From assembly GCF_006345805.1 (NCBI RefSeq), contig NC_042999.1, positions 37,820,001-37,884,000 on the forward strand: DNA of 64,000 bases, in the 5' to 3' direction. The position numbers were made by a program, and so were the translations under genes. Below the pieces are notes generated by a model. The model had not been told where the DNA came from and made no database searches. It was given only the letters and a program-made list of their open reading frames with translations. The stretch is from Octopus sinensis (lineage: Eukaryota). Positions 52,143 through 64,000 of the stretch are shown in pieces. Every line of letters starts with the position of its first letter. The first letter of the stretch is position 1.

Positions 52143-52640
52143 TAACTTCTCTTCTTGCTCACTTTCCTTCCTCTTTTCGCTTCACTGTGTCCCTTCACAT
52201 TTTCTCGCCCCTCCTTAATTCTTCTGTCCCTTTGCCTCTTCTCTCCCCACGTGACCGGTGTTCGGCCAAGCCTGATCTTTCTTTCTTGGTTCGGTCGTCG
52301 TCCGTGCAACATCTATATCCCTCCCTGTGCCTGTAAAATCATGTAACCCTGCCGTAAAGCTTTATTTCCATACATGCCAGCTTACTCTAATTCGTCCTTA
52401 GTCGAAGGAAGCCTGTTGTTATGACCGACAGCATTTTAACCTATGGCTGTTTCAAATGTGTATGCTAATTTTGTTCTTGCCTGGTTAGCTTTCTTGCAAA
52501 TATTTCTATAATGAAACCAACATTTTCGGCTTTACTGATGAGCGCAAATCAGGTCGAAACGCCGTGTGTGGCGATGTCGCTTTCTGAGAGAAGTTTCGTG
52601 TTTTTCGACACACAAGTCTCCTTGAGAAATATATATCTTG
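52143..52640 (+). mobile_element. Probable Penelope-like terminal segment with a hammerhead-like motif
   Basis: Pyrimidine tract followed by cacgtgacc (compare cacatgacc at ~32951); CTGATGAG-N12-CGAAAC-GCC-gtgtgt-GGCG at 52535-52573. Confidence 0.4.
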
Positions 52641-53011
52641 CAATTCCACTAAGATAGATTTATCGGTATATCCTTTTTGTTTTAAGCTCTTAAATTTTCT
52701 ATAGTTTAGCGAAATTACAACTATTGTTTGGAATAAAGAATAACAATAACATTTAATTTGTTGGACCGTGAATAAAAAATATCAACCACATCAGCAGGCA
52801 ACTAAGGAAATGGAAACGGTCAGTCAATATGAGAAGAATAATCGGAAAATCACTTTAAAATTACCTTTCAAAAAGTAGACTTAGGAAATAAGTTCGTTTG
52901 CAAAGACGGGTTTCTAAAGATTGAAATTTTCCGGTTGAACCCTGGCTGCTTAAAGACAAGTAGCTTGCCGAGAAAAAAATCCAGTAAAGCAGGCGCGCAC
53001 ACACACGCACA

Positions 53012-53076
<65 letters not shown>

Positions 53077-53769
53077 GCATACACACACACACAAAGAGAT
53101 AAACCTTTTCCAGTATCATTACATGCTACATTATACTCACAATCTTGTATTGCGTGACAAAACGTAAAGCCATAATAAACAGAAATAATGATGATTTAGA
53201 TTTTGGCTCAAGGCCTTCACATTCTATAACTGGGTCACTTTTCTATATCGATTCCGCAGCGATTTGAACTGAGAACGTAAAGAATGACTCCCAACGACTC
53301 TGCCAGCTCGGCGCCTTCGTATCTAATAGCATCAATAATTTATAAAATAGCAACAGTATGTGATATTTTGTGAACAGCTGTAATAGAGTAAAGCTCAAAC
53401 AGCACTTGGCTGTTAATGAATTGATCCACATAGGAAGATTAAAACGCAGTGTCGACCTCAGCTAGATTTGAACTCAGAAAACAAGATGACGTAGCTAAAT
53501 ACTTCAAGACGTTGTTCCAGAGATCTACGGATTATTCTGACACTCTGCCACAAGAGGATTTTAAAACATCGAATATGATACTGCCATGCAATAGTGTAAT
53601 CTATTTTAGCGCAATAATAACTGTAATAAAAATGTTAATATGTTAACAGATGATCATAAATGATTCCTGAATGGCTGAAAGAAGGTCGTTTAATGTTGTT
53701 TAAAACAAATAAATATGCTGATCAATTAAACAAAAACAAACTCAGAAATCACTAAAGCAATTCAAACAA

Positions 53770-54110
53770 ATAGTCTTATCATCTGCGCGCCAATAACTTA
53801 TGAACTCCCCATCGAAGTAGTGTGTATGATAAATATCTCTAAAACACGTGAAAAGATAACCTTTACTACAATAACGGCAAATGGATTGTATAAGTAGTTA
53901 TTATGGATGCAAAGATCTATTAATGTTTGATAAAGCAATAATGGCAGAAGGATGTTAAAATGGAAACAAAAACAAGAAATCTACAGGGAGCCTGCATAGA
54001 TTACAAGACTATAACTGACTTGATACTTGAGAATCTGGATACAATGCAAATCTATAAAATCGCAATAAAATAAACTCCATTTCGTGTATTATGTCCAACT
54101 GAAATAACAA
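53770..54110 (+). pseudogene. Very old R4/Dong-like RT fragment
   Basis: YGCKDLLMFDKAIM...RNLQGACIDYK resembles the GCKDQLLIDKAI...AWIDYxK region seen in the 19150-19240 copy. Confidence 0.55.
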
Positions 54111-54356
54111 TCTGGAATACAAGCCATCGAAAAGAGCAGAGTCTGCTAGAAATTTAGAAATAGAAGTTAAATCTCTTTCGAAATAGCACGTTCTAACATC
54201 TTAGGAAAACAAAAGACAAATTGTTGTTGTGGTTGTGGATACGCTGCAACTAGAAATATGACAGGATCGTCTCGACTTGAACGATTTTGTCACTGGCCTC
54301 CCAGAAGCAGTCTAACTTGGTATCAAGTAACAAAAACAAAAACCTGGAATGAGAAA

Positions 54357-54749
54357 TCTTTATATATAAAACTGTAGTTGTGTGAGTGTCTGTCCCCTTC
54401 GATTTAGATTCCTAACTACTCCCACATTTTGCGGTGCAGTTTAACCAAAACCGGGTATCTTATAGTCGTGATTCATATCGAGCCCTTCTGGGTATTAGCG
54501 CGCGTCTACGATGAGTCTACGATTTTAAAAATAATTTACCATAATTTTTTTCCATTTTCATGCATATTTTTTTAAAGGGAAGTAACTCTCTAAAAATGTC
54601 TACGATGAGTCAACGATTTTTAAAAAAATTTACCATCATATTTTTTCCATTTTTAATGCATTTTTTGCTATTTTTTGGCTATAACTCTCTAAAAATGCTG
54701 TATAGTTATTTCCCTTACATAACCGAGCAATGCCGGGCGATACTGCTAG
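54357..54749 (+). mobile_element. Non-autonomous Helitron
   Basis: Starts TC (tctttatatataaa), ends CTAG after a GC-rich subterminal segment ccgagcaatgccggg, sits between A and T with no TSD; internal ~94-bp tandem duplication (tctacgatgagtc.acgatttt...aactctctaaaaatg). Confidence 0.85.
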
Positions 54750-55999
54750 TATAAAATAAATTAGGGAATGGAATCGTGAACAATAACAAAGAAAGCATTT
54801 TAAAAGTAGCATATTCTGATAGGATTCACTGCCTGTACTTTTCTTTAGTGTTTCTCAAAGAGAGAACAAACTATGCAAGGACATAATCTACTTTATGTCA
54901 ACCACAGCTAAATTAAAATCATATTCTTGTTGAAAGACAATTTAAAATGTCATTTTCCTTTTCAAACACTGAAAATGTATAACATATTTCAAAGGTACGT
55001 CTCACCGACAATTATGCAAGTGAAAGTTAAGAAATATTTAAAGCGTAATGATTTAAATACAAAATATTGACTGGGCCAAAACATTTACAAGAAAAATTTC
55101 TCACTTGTGTAGAAATATGGAAAGGGAAACCTGGATAAAGCAACAAACCAAAAATAATCTAATTTGTACTATATCTTCGAACGTAGCAAGGCCGAGGTAA
55201 TGAGATCTAGAATAAAGTGACATAGATACAAACAATAACATGTGTTCATTACCGACGGTTCAACTTCATTCTTTCTACGCAAAACACCGACATGTATAGA
55301 ATGACCAAAGGGATATTTTAAGGGAAGAATGAATAATAATCGTTTGGGTCAGCAGACCCTTGTACTCAGATTTAGATCATGAGAAGAGTTTAAAGGCTAT
55401 GATTTGGATTCAAAACCTGCACGAAGTTACGAAGCATTATAAAAGCAAATAGTTCGGCATGCTACTACTACTTTCAGCTTATTACTTACGAATACCATTA
55501 AAAACACTTTCAAAGGTATAAGACAGTGCATATCCTATAAAACACGCAAACCTACAGGAGTGATTCAATCATGTATAAAAACAAACGAGATTTATGCTGC
55601 TGGCACCAAGTGCTTCATATCACAGCGACTTTCCATTGAACCTGAAATAAAATAATACACCTTAACCAGGACAGAGAAAGCCGCAGCTAATTACATACCA
55701 TTATAATGGTAGCTATATACTGATCTTCCAGCTATATAGAAATTACGGTAAGCGGTAAATCACAAGTATATCTATCATAGGAGTGATGCATGCGTGTATA
55801 TATGTATATGACACAAAAGCCAATGAATAACTTAAGTACATGACTAGCATGGCTAGTCATTAATTCAGCGACCATCGAAGGGATTAAAGACAAAGTTGAC
55901 TTTTGTAGAGTTGCAACTGGAACTGAGAGGACGTAAGTAGATAATGTCACTCCATCATCAAAAGAACTTAACGTTAGCGATGGAAAATGGGCAACCACA

Positions 56000-56002
<3 letters not shown>

Positions 56003-56038
<36 letters not shown>

Positions 56039-56785
56039 ATATAGATAGATAGATAGAGAGAGAGAGAGAAAATGTCTATACCCACACAAACAGGAGTGGC
56101 TATGTGGTAAGAAGCTTGCTTCCAAAACACATAGTTCTGGGTTCAGTTCCACTGCGTGGCACATTGGACAAATGTCTTCTACTAAAGCCCCAGGTCGACC
56201 AAAGACCTTGTGAGTGGATCTGGCCAACAGAAACTAATAGAAGTACGTCGTTTATATATATATATATTATATATATATATATATAATATATATATATATA
56301 CAATAATAAAAGGGTAAAATTAATTAATTATTTAATTATTAATTAATAATTTTACCAAGTAGTGTTCAGTATGTAAAAAGACCATTTGCGGTATATTTAA
56401 AACATTACGTTATATAATTAGGGTTCAGTAAAAAAAATTACTTTACCACACACCGAACTTTCTAAAAGTTCGGTGTGTGGTCAAGTAAATTTTTTTACTG
56501 AACCCTAATTATATATATATACATGTGTGTGTGTGTGTGGTGTGTGTGTGTGTGTGTGTGTGTGAGATATAGATAGATAGATAGAGAGAGAGAGAGAAAA
56601 TGTCTATACCCACACAAACAGGAGTGGCTATGTGGTAAGAAGCTTGCTTCCAAAACACATAGTTCTGGGTTCAGTTCCACTGCGTGGCACATTGGACAAA
56701 TGTCTTCTACTAAAGCCCCAGGTCGACCAAAGACCTTGTGAGTGGATCTGGCCAACAGAAACTAATAGAAGTACGTCGTTTATAT

Positions 56786-56839
<54 letters not shown>

Positions 56840-57054
56840 AATAAAAGGGTAAAATTAATTAATTATTTAATTATTAATTAATAATTTTACCAAGTAGTGT
56901 TCAGTATGTAAAAAGACCATTTGCGGTATATTTAAAACATTACGTTATATAATTAGGGTTCAGTAAAAAAAATTACTTTACCACACACCGAACTTTCTAA
57001 AAGTTCGGTGTGTGGTCAAGTAAATTTTTTTACTGAACCCTAATTATATATATA

Positions 57055-57060
<6 letters not shown>
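56003..57060. repeat. Near-identical tandem duplication (~530-bp unit) containing a family A SINE head and a hairpin
   Basis: gagatatagatagatag...caggagtggctatgtgg...ttaccacacaccgaac appears twice, differing mainly in microsatellite length. Confidence 0.92.
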
Positions 57061-57095
<35 letters not shown>

Positions 57096-57278
57096 TAGTC
57101 CCCCACTATCGCTTGACAACTGATGTTGGAGTGATTACGTCCCCGTAACCTAGCGGTTTGTCAAAAGGACTCAGCAGAATAAGTATTAAGCTTACAAAAA
57201 ATAAGTCCTGGTTGTCAAGCGATGGTGCGAACCTAACACACGCGCGCGTATATTAGTATGCTCTTATATATATGCGTG

Positions 57279-57333
<55 letters not shown>

Positions 57334-57376
57334 ATGTATATATATATGTGTGTGTGTGTGTGTGTATGTGTGTGTG

Positions 57377-57682
57377 GAGGCGCAATGGCCGAGTGGTTAG
57401 GGCAGCGGACTCGCGGTCGTAGGATCGCGGTTTCGATTCCCAGACCGGTTGTTGTGAGTGTTTATTGAGTGAAAACACCTAAAGCTCCACGAGTCTCCGG
57501 CAGGGGGTGGTGGCGATCCCTGCTGTACTCTTTCGCCACAACTTTCTCTCACTCTTTCTTCTGTTGGCCTGCTCGCTTAGCCAGCGCGGTGGCGTCAGTT
57601 GATGACTAAAACAATGTGAAGCGCATTGTGACCAGCGATGTCTACCCACATCTGATAGCCTGGTCGGTCACGTGATCACGGG
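57377..57682 (+). mobile_element. SINE with family B head and a different tail Y
   Basis: Matches family B up to ...actttctctcactc, then diverges into ctgttggcctgctcgcttagcc...tgtgaagcgcattgtgacc. Confidence 0.85.
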
Positions 57683-58199
57683 ATATATATATATATGTAT
57701 ATATGTATGTGTGTATGTATATTGTAAAAATGAAACGAATGTGTATCTTAGGTATAACTACATACTTCTGCAGGAACATTTTATTTAGAGCACAGTATGT
57801 CTTATAATTTGTTATGTAACAACATGCATGATTATATATCAAGATGGAGGTCGTGTCTTTATGCATACATGCACATTACATTCGTATATACATAATTACA
57901 TTTCTAAATGTGTGTGTACATATATGTATCTATATCTATATATATATACATATACATATATGTGTGTGCATCTGTCTATGTGCTATATGTGTGTATGTGT
58001 ATATATGCGTGCACATGTGCATGTATGTATGTGTGTGTGCGTGTTTGCGTGTGCATCTGTGTATGCGCACTCGCTCGTCTGTAAATGGGCTTCTAAGAGA
58101 AACATAATCAGGAAGCGATTAGCGATTTTCTCAAACCATAGATTTTTGTCAATCTCGTTTCTAACAGTAGAATTAAGATTACAATCGTATACTTGCAGC

Positions 58200-61100
58200 G
58201 TCAAACGTCATGTGAAGTTAACATTACGCAATGAGATGATTACATGCTTAATTATTGCCAAGGAAATGATTCAATATTTATTAAAGTAAGCAGGATTTCT
58301 TCATCCTATTATATCATAGTATTCGTTTGCAATAGACGTAACTAAGCAGATTTCCATATCACACCAATTCATTTGTTGATTGATGGCACTTAGTTACGTT
58401 GTTCTTATGAATATTCAATCTCCGTAAAAACCCCCCAAATTCATTGCTTTCAAATCGAGTACTACGGTCACTACGAACCCAACTTCGAACAGCCGAGGAA
58501 ATGAATGAGGTGAGAGAGTTAATAAAATAACCTGGCTTTTTCTTTTTCGAAGGCAACTGCAATATCGAGTATCATAACGAGTACTATCAAAATGTAAGAG
58601 TTAACCCATTGTAGTAAATAGTATTATCATGCAATATAAAGTGGAAGTCGACAAGATTCTGTTGATTGTATCACATGGCCAGTCGTATTCCTTATGACAC
58701 TAGGCGTTAACCCTGCACATGTAGCACGCAATCTACTCATATATTTAACTTATTTGCTTTATAGATCAGCACAATGGAATCTGTTCATACAAGCAATTTA
58801 TCGAAGCTAGGGTACAACAGCTTGTTTCGTTGTTAACTCTGCTTATTATTTGAAATCCATCCATCATTTTTACCAATCTCAGAAATTCTGTTTAAGGGAT
58901 CTGCCGCAAATATTCTCTACCTAGACGGTATTTATTTCATATAAGAACTTTACAAAATTATGTCATTAACTATACAATTTACCGTTTCCAGTCGCAGATA
59001 TAGATCGTCAATCTAATAGAAAAGGCATAGTTTGTCGATTTGTAACAAGTTTTAAGCTAGTGTACTTATTAGTAATGAAGCACTTTTTCATCTGAGCTGA
59101 CTATTCAAAAGACTTCTAACTCTATTTCGGCCCATTCGTTTTCAATATCATTCAATATATAAGAATAGAAGCAAATTTGTTGCTCGTCTGGAATAGGATA
59201 CAACCTATTGATGCCGGAGACACGTCGGTGTTATGAGTGAATAGTAAGCAGGTGTCAGAACAAATAACGAAAGTGTTGCAACTCTGTCTTTCACTTTTAA
59301 TTGCCTTAAGAAACACAGCTGACATTGCTTAGTTTCAAACAAAAGTGTTACAATTTCAGTAAAACTTATTTTCTATTTCGAATAATACACAATTAACCCT
59401 TTGAAACTTTCAGATTGCTTGGCATTTCCAAGCACACGAAATCCAAGGAGAGGTGATAGTCTGTCAGCGTCCAACAGTATGTCACTTCCTCTAAAAATAT
59501 CACCTAAAATGTTAACTTCCTTTTAAAGGTGAGTTAGAACAGTACTTCTTGGACAGTTCGGAAAACTTTTTATCATCTTTACTATAATTTTCTTCGTGTA
59601 TCACCACACTCTCAAAGCAGAGCTACGAATTTCAAGTCTTTAATTTTTTTTATTCGAATCATTCATTATTTGCTCCCACCACTGTTTTAAAATGTTACTC
59701 CAGCGCAGTAAGGCGACTCAATAATATATTAAACAGAAATGAACAATACGGAAATATTGATTTCTGTTAATTTGTGATACGTGGGATAGACAATGCATGA
59801 CTCTCCTAATAGTAGATGTAAAGCCAACCACTAAACTCTTATTGCCCCACATCTCACACTTATGTTGTCTACAAGACGTTGTGATGACTTTGGAGGTGTA
59901 ATTAATCCCCTTGTTAGAAAGTCGACAATTTAGTCTTCAATGGATTCTTTGACTTCAAAATTGAGTTTAAGTCCGGGGAAACAAATGAGAATTACTTCCA
60001 TGGAAATTTCTTAGTTGAAATCAATGAATATTCGAACTTTTAAAGTTTTTGAAATATGCCATTGAATTCTGGATTCGTATATACAAGAGAAACAGGTGAA
60101 GGTGGAAGCTGAAGAAAAGTTTCAATCTGAAGTTTAAAAATTTTTTTGATAATGCAAAGATTTTGACACAATCAACAACAGCTTCAGTTACAAACAATTA
60201 TTTACGTCAATGGCTATAATTGTCTTTCCAATTGTGTTAGAGGGTATATATCACGCATGGCTGAATCGACCTCTGCCTTTCCCTTCGATAACAACGGTGG
60301 AGAGGGGAGGCTGGTATGCATGGGCAACTGCTGGTCTTCCATAAAAAATAAATTTGCCTGAACTTGAGCCTTGGAGAAGAACTTTCTAGGTGTAATCCCA
60401 TGGTCATTCATGACCGAAGGGGCTCTTTAATATTTTAGTCTTTTTATATACCAAGAAACTGCGCACTTGCAGATGAATCAGAATACAATTTCATACCAGG
60501 CCCTTTCGCAATGCTGCCACAAAGCTATCAATAAACCACCGTTGATTGTACCCACCATTTGGTGGGCTGCTAACGTTGAGACATTTGGTTTTTGACATAC
60601 CATTGTGAAGTGTCCTATCAATGCGGCATTGTTTATCAACAGTAGGCTATCATGTACGAGACGTTGATTCGCAAGCAACAGAAATCAAAGGATTTTGCAG
60701 CAATTCTGCCCTTAGCGCTGAAACTCTTCTATTTGAGCAACGGAAGTAAAGGAAACAGTTTCCTATAAAATAAACAATGAAATAAAGCAAGGCTATGGCA
60801 ACGTGCATTCTGATAGGTTCCCTTGCTAATTGTTGGCTAAAAAATATTATTCCGGAACAATGTATTGATATTGTTTAAGAGAACTGCAAAGTAAATTATA
60901 GTTTGTCCAGGCATTGTTTCAATAAAGAACCAGGAGGCACGTTGTGTCTTTGCGCGAGGCACTTCATTTCATATTTCTCTAGTCTACTCGGCTGTAGTGA
61001 ATACCAGTCAAGTGCTGCAGTAGCCCTCTTTCCTTCTCTCTCCTCAGCTGTCATATTCGGATATCCAACTGGGTCAAAAGTATGAGGATCAAAAGGATAC

Positions 61101-61505
61101 TTACCTTTGTTCCCTAGTAAACGATATATAAACAACTAAAGCGTTTAATGCGAAACCATAGCGCATATTACAGAACGATACACATTCTCCAGTGACAGTT
61201 TTCTATGCTGTTTTGTTTTATTCGCTCTCTGAGGATATTTTTGCAGCCAGTAAATGTCAACGGTATGAGGTCTATTGGTCGTGAATAGAAGGTAATGCTA
61301 TATACAGCCTCTCTTTTGTAATTTCAGTCCACTCTGTTTCATCATAATAAACGGCTGCTGCGTTATACAGGCTTAATAGAAATAAGACTGTTTTATTGCT
61401 CTCACTTCATTTAATAAATCTAAGATATCTTTCAAAGTATGCAATAAATTTATCAAAACACTCTGCAGATATATTCTTAAACAACGGTAGGCTGATTCAT
61501 AATGA
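58200..61505 (-). pseudogene. Decayed Gypsy-type LTR retrotransposon gag-pol
   Basis: Hand translation of the minus strand: gag-like FIAYFERYLRF (~61430), zinc knuckle DKQC...GHFTMVC (~60600), RT thumb KEVNILGDIF...DADRLSPLL (~59500), RNase H TDVSPASIGCILFQ...EWAEIELE...AADPLNR (59240-58890), integrase VRSDRSTRFESNEFGGFL...HQSTNELV (58480-58360); RT-RH-INT order. Confidence 0.8.
60255..60428 (+). mobile_element. SINE tail Z fragment inside the Gypsy relic
   Basis: Reverse complement of 29213-29395. Confidence 0.8.
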
Positions 61506-61982
61506 ATACTTTATGGCTTATAGTTGATTTTGGAGTGTGAAAATTATTGTAGCTCATAATTACTACGATATAATAGCCGGTCCTAAGGTTTATATTATTC
61601 ACACTGGAAAAATCATCGATAAAAGAAGTCATGTGATTCATATTTTATAATAATGAAAGAACTGTTTTGCCAAAGGCCAGGACGTATGAGTACCGAAATT
61701 TCGTTAAGATAACGCATGAACTCATGCCATAGTAGTATTGATAATAAATATTAGGCTAAAAGAGAATCAAAAAATATCCACAACTGTGCATGTAGAATAT
61801 TGGCGTTTGAGTGTGCGCATTGTTTATTATAAAGAAATTTATCTCTGTGCAAATATTTATTTTGTCTTTGTGTATTGCACGTCTGTGTGTATGTTTCTCC
61901 CTACTGTGGCTCCTTTACTCTTGCTTTTTCTATATGTATATATACATATGAACATATACATACATATCATTTTCTTTTTTTT

Positions 61983-62357
61983 CTCCGTCGGTTACGACGA
62001 CGAGGGTTCCGGTTGATCCGAATCAACGGAACAGCTTGCTCGTGAAATTAACGTGTAAGTGGCTGAGTACTCCACAGACACGTGTACCCTTAACGTAGTT
62101 CTCGGGGATATTCAGCGTGACACAGAGAGTGACAAGGCCGGCCCTTTGAAATACAGGTACAATAGAAACAGGAAGTAAGAGTGAGAGAAAGTTGTGGTAA
62201 AAGAGTACAGCAGGGATCACCACCATCCCCTGCCGGAGCCTTGTGGAGCTTTAGGTGTTTTCTCTCAATAAACACTCACAACGCCCGGTCTGGGAATCGA
62301 AACCGCGATCCTATGACCGCGAGTCCGCTGCCCTAACCACTGGGCCATTGCGCCTCC
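61983..62357 (-). mobile_element. SINE family B
   Basis: Near-identical to 46005-46389 on the opposite strand. Confidence 0.93.
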
Positions 62358-62386
62358 ACACATACATATATACATACACACACACA

Positions 62387-62704
62387 TACGAGATCTGGTT
62401 AATAAATAGCCGGACTGTTGCCGTAGTAACGAAGGTAAAGTACACAAAATAAATCTGTTTGGGACAGATTAACCTTGAAAATTGCTGCACATGCGCACTA
62501 AGTTTTAACGTTCTGGCTCACTTCCGATGTTTACAGCACTGCTTTGAAGGAAGGTGTAGAGCGTGTGATTGTCGCATTGAAGTTAAAACTTAGTGCGCAT
62601 GCAGAGCAAAATTCAAGGTCAATCTGTGCCAAGCGCCCCACTCTCTCCGTGCTTTAGTTTCGTTACCATAGCAACAGCCTGATACTCATTGATCAGACCA
62701 CATA
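62387..62704. mobile_element. Fold-back MITE with ~125-bp arms and mariner-like termini
   Basis: tacgagatctgg...ggactgttgccgtagtaacg...ttgggacagattaaccttgaaaattgc...catgcgcactaagttttaac pairs with gttaaaacttagtgcgcatg...ttcaaggtcaatctgtgccaa...cgttaccatagcaacagcc...cagaccacata. Confidence 0.8.
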
Positions 62705-62707
62705 TAT

Positions 62708-63475
62708 GCATAGGAGTGGCTGTGTGGTTAGTAGCTTGCTTACCAGCCACATGGATCGGGGTTCAGTCCCACTGCCTGGCACTCTGGGCAAGTGTCTTCT
62801 ACTATTGCCTCGGGCCGACCAAAGCCTTGTGAGTGGATTTGGTAGACAGAAACTGAAAGAAGTCCGTCGTATATATATATGTATATATATATATATAGAG
62901 AGAGAGAGAACAATCTCACTTAGAAATGGATGCGTGCGTTCTGTCCTGACTGCCTTCAAGTAGAGACGGCACTTTCTGTTGCTCCTTCGCCGTTCTCAAA
63001 AATAGCGTTCGTAAAATTTGTTATCTCGTTCGGCTTAGCAGCCCTTCTTGTTCGTGTTACTGTTATTCTCCTTGTCCTGTCTTTTACTGTATATATTTTG
63101 TACTGTCGTTACTGTCCTGTTTTTGTTACCATTTTTACCCCTCCGCAAAAAAAATCTCAAATTTTATTTAATTTGATTTTCGCGGGAAGGATTGTTTCAT
63201 TAAAGTCATGTATCGCCTTGACCTTCGCATCGTGGAGTAGATGAAACAAAGGCGACTGAAGAAGGGGAAGTTTCCTTGTTTTGTATGTCCTGTACTCTAT
63301 TTTTTCGTTGTTTAAGAAAAATGTCCATTTCCTTGGTTTTGTGTTTATGTTTTCGTTTCTCATTGTGTTCGACGTTTTTTTTTTGTGTTCTGTACCCATA
63401 TATGCATGTATATATACATGTAGAGGTAGGTACGTACATACATGTATGTATATATGCATATGTTTTATTTATTTA

Positions 63476-63509
<34 letters not shown>

Positions 63510-63745
63510 CGTGTATATGTTTGTGTGTCTGGGTTTTCCCCCTCACCCCAACATCGCTTGACAAACGACGCTGGTGTGTTTGTGTTACCGTAACTTAGCG
63601 GTTCGGCAAAAGAGGCCGATAGAATAAGTATCAGGATTACAAAGAATAAGTCCTGGGGTTTATTTGCTCGACTAAAGGTGGTGCTTCAACATGGCCGCAG
63701 TGAAAATGACCGAAACAAGTAAAATATTAAAGGAATAAAAGAATA
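62708..63745 (+). mobile_element. SINE family A split by an insertion in its internal microsatellite
   Basis: Head 62708-62870, tail 63520-63745, insert 62910-63410 related to 33056-33385. Confidence 0.85.
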
Positions 63746-63842
63746 AATGTACATGCACACACGTATGTATGTATGTATGTATGTATGTATGTATGTATGT
63801 ATGTATGTATGTATGTATGTATGTATGTATGTATGTGTGTGC

Positions 63843-63879
<37 letters not shown>

Positions 63880-63885
63880 AATATA

Positions 63886-64000
63886 TACGAGCAACCTCCT
63901 CCCGTCCAATGGACGGTGCTTAGTTGTAAAACATTTAAACCAAATTTTCTCAAAACAACTTGTCCGACCGTCCCATAGGCCTCCCCTTTGAGAAACACTG
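63886..64000 (+). mobile_element. Start of an interspersed repeat, probable DNA transposon, running off the window
   Basis: Homologous to 38530-38665 on the minus strand. Confidence 0.6.

Overview
AT-rich, microsatellite-dense eukaryotic DNA with no host exon, rRNA or true tRNA gene that I can support; it reads as intergenic or deep intronic. The SINE complement and the dense (TA)n/(TATC)n/(TATG)n/(CA)n/(GA)n tracts suggest an octopus genome (inference). Nearly all ORFs in the track are translations of microsatellites or SINEs. The real coding relics all come from transposable elements: an R4/Dong-type LINE, two Tx1/L1-clade fragments, RTE fragments, several Tc1/mariner relics and MITEs, a non-autonomous Helitron, a decayed Penelope-like element and a decayed Gypsy gag-pol (58.2-61.5 kb). 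About 30 tRNA-derived SINE copies are built from shuffled head and tail modules. Best candidates for follow-up: a long hairpin with only G-U mismatches enclosing a degenerate hammerhead-ribozyme core (27.0-27.1 kb) plus related Penelope/retrozyme-like relics; a 252-bp CpG-rich palindromic insert in the R4 LINE flanked by a 26-bp duplication; several fold-back palindromes at retroelement ends; a bipartite RTE-derived element; and a candidate (TATC)n-targeting retroelement. All calls come from reading and hand translation; no searches were run, and element boundaries are approximate unless a TIR or TSD is quoted.
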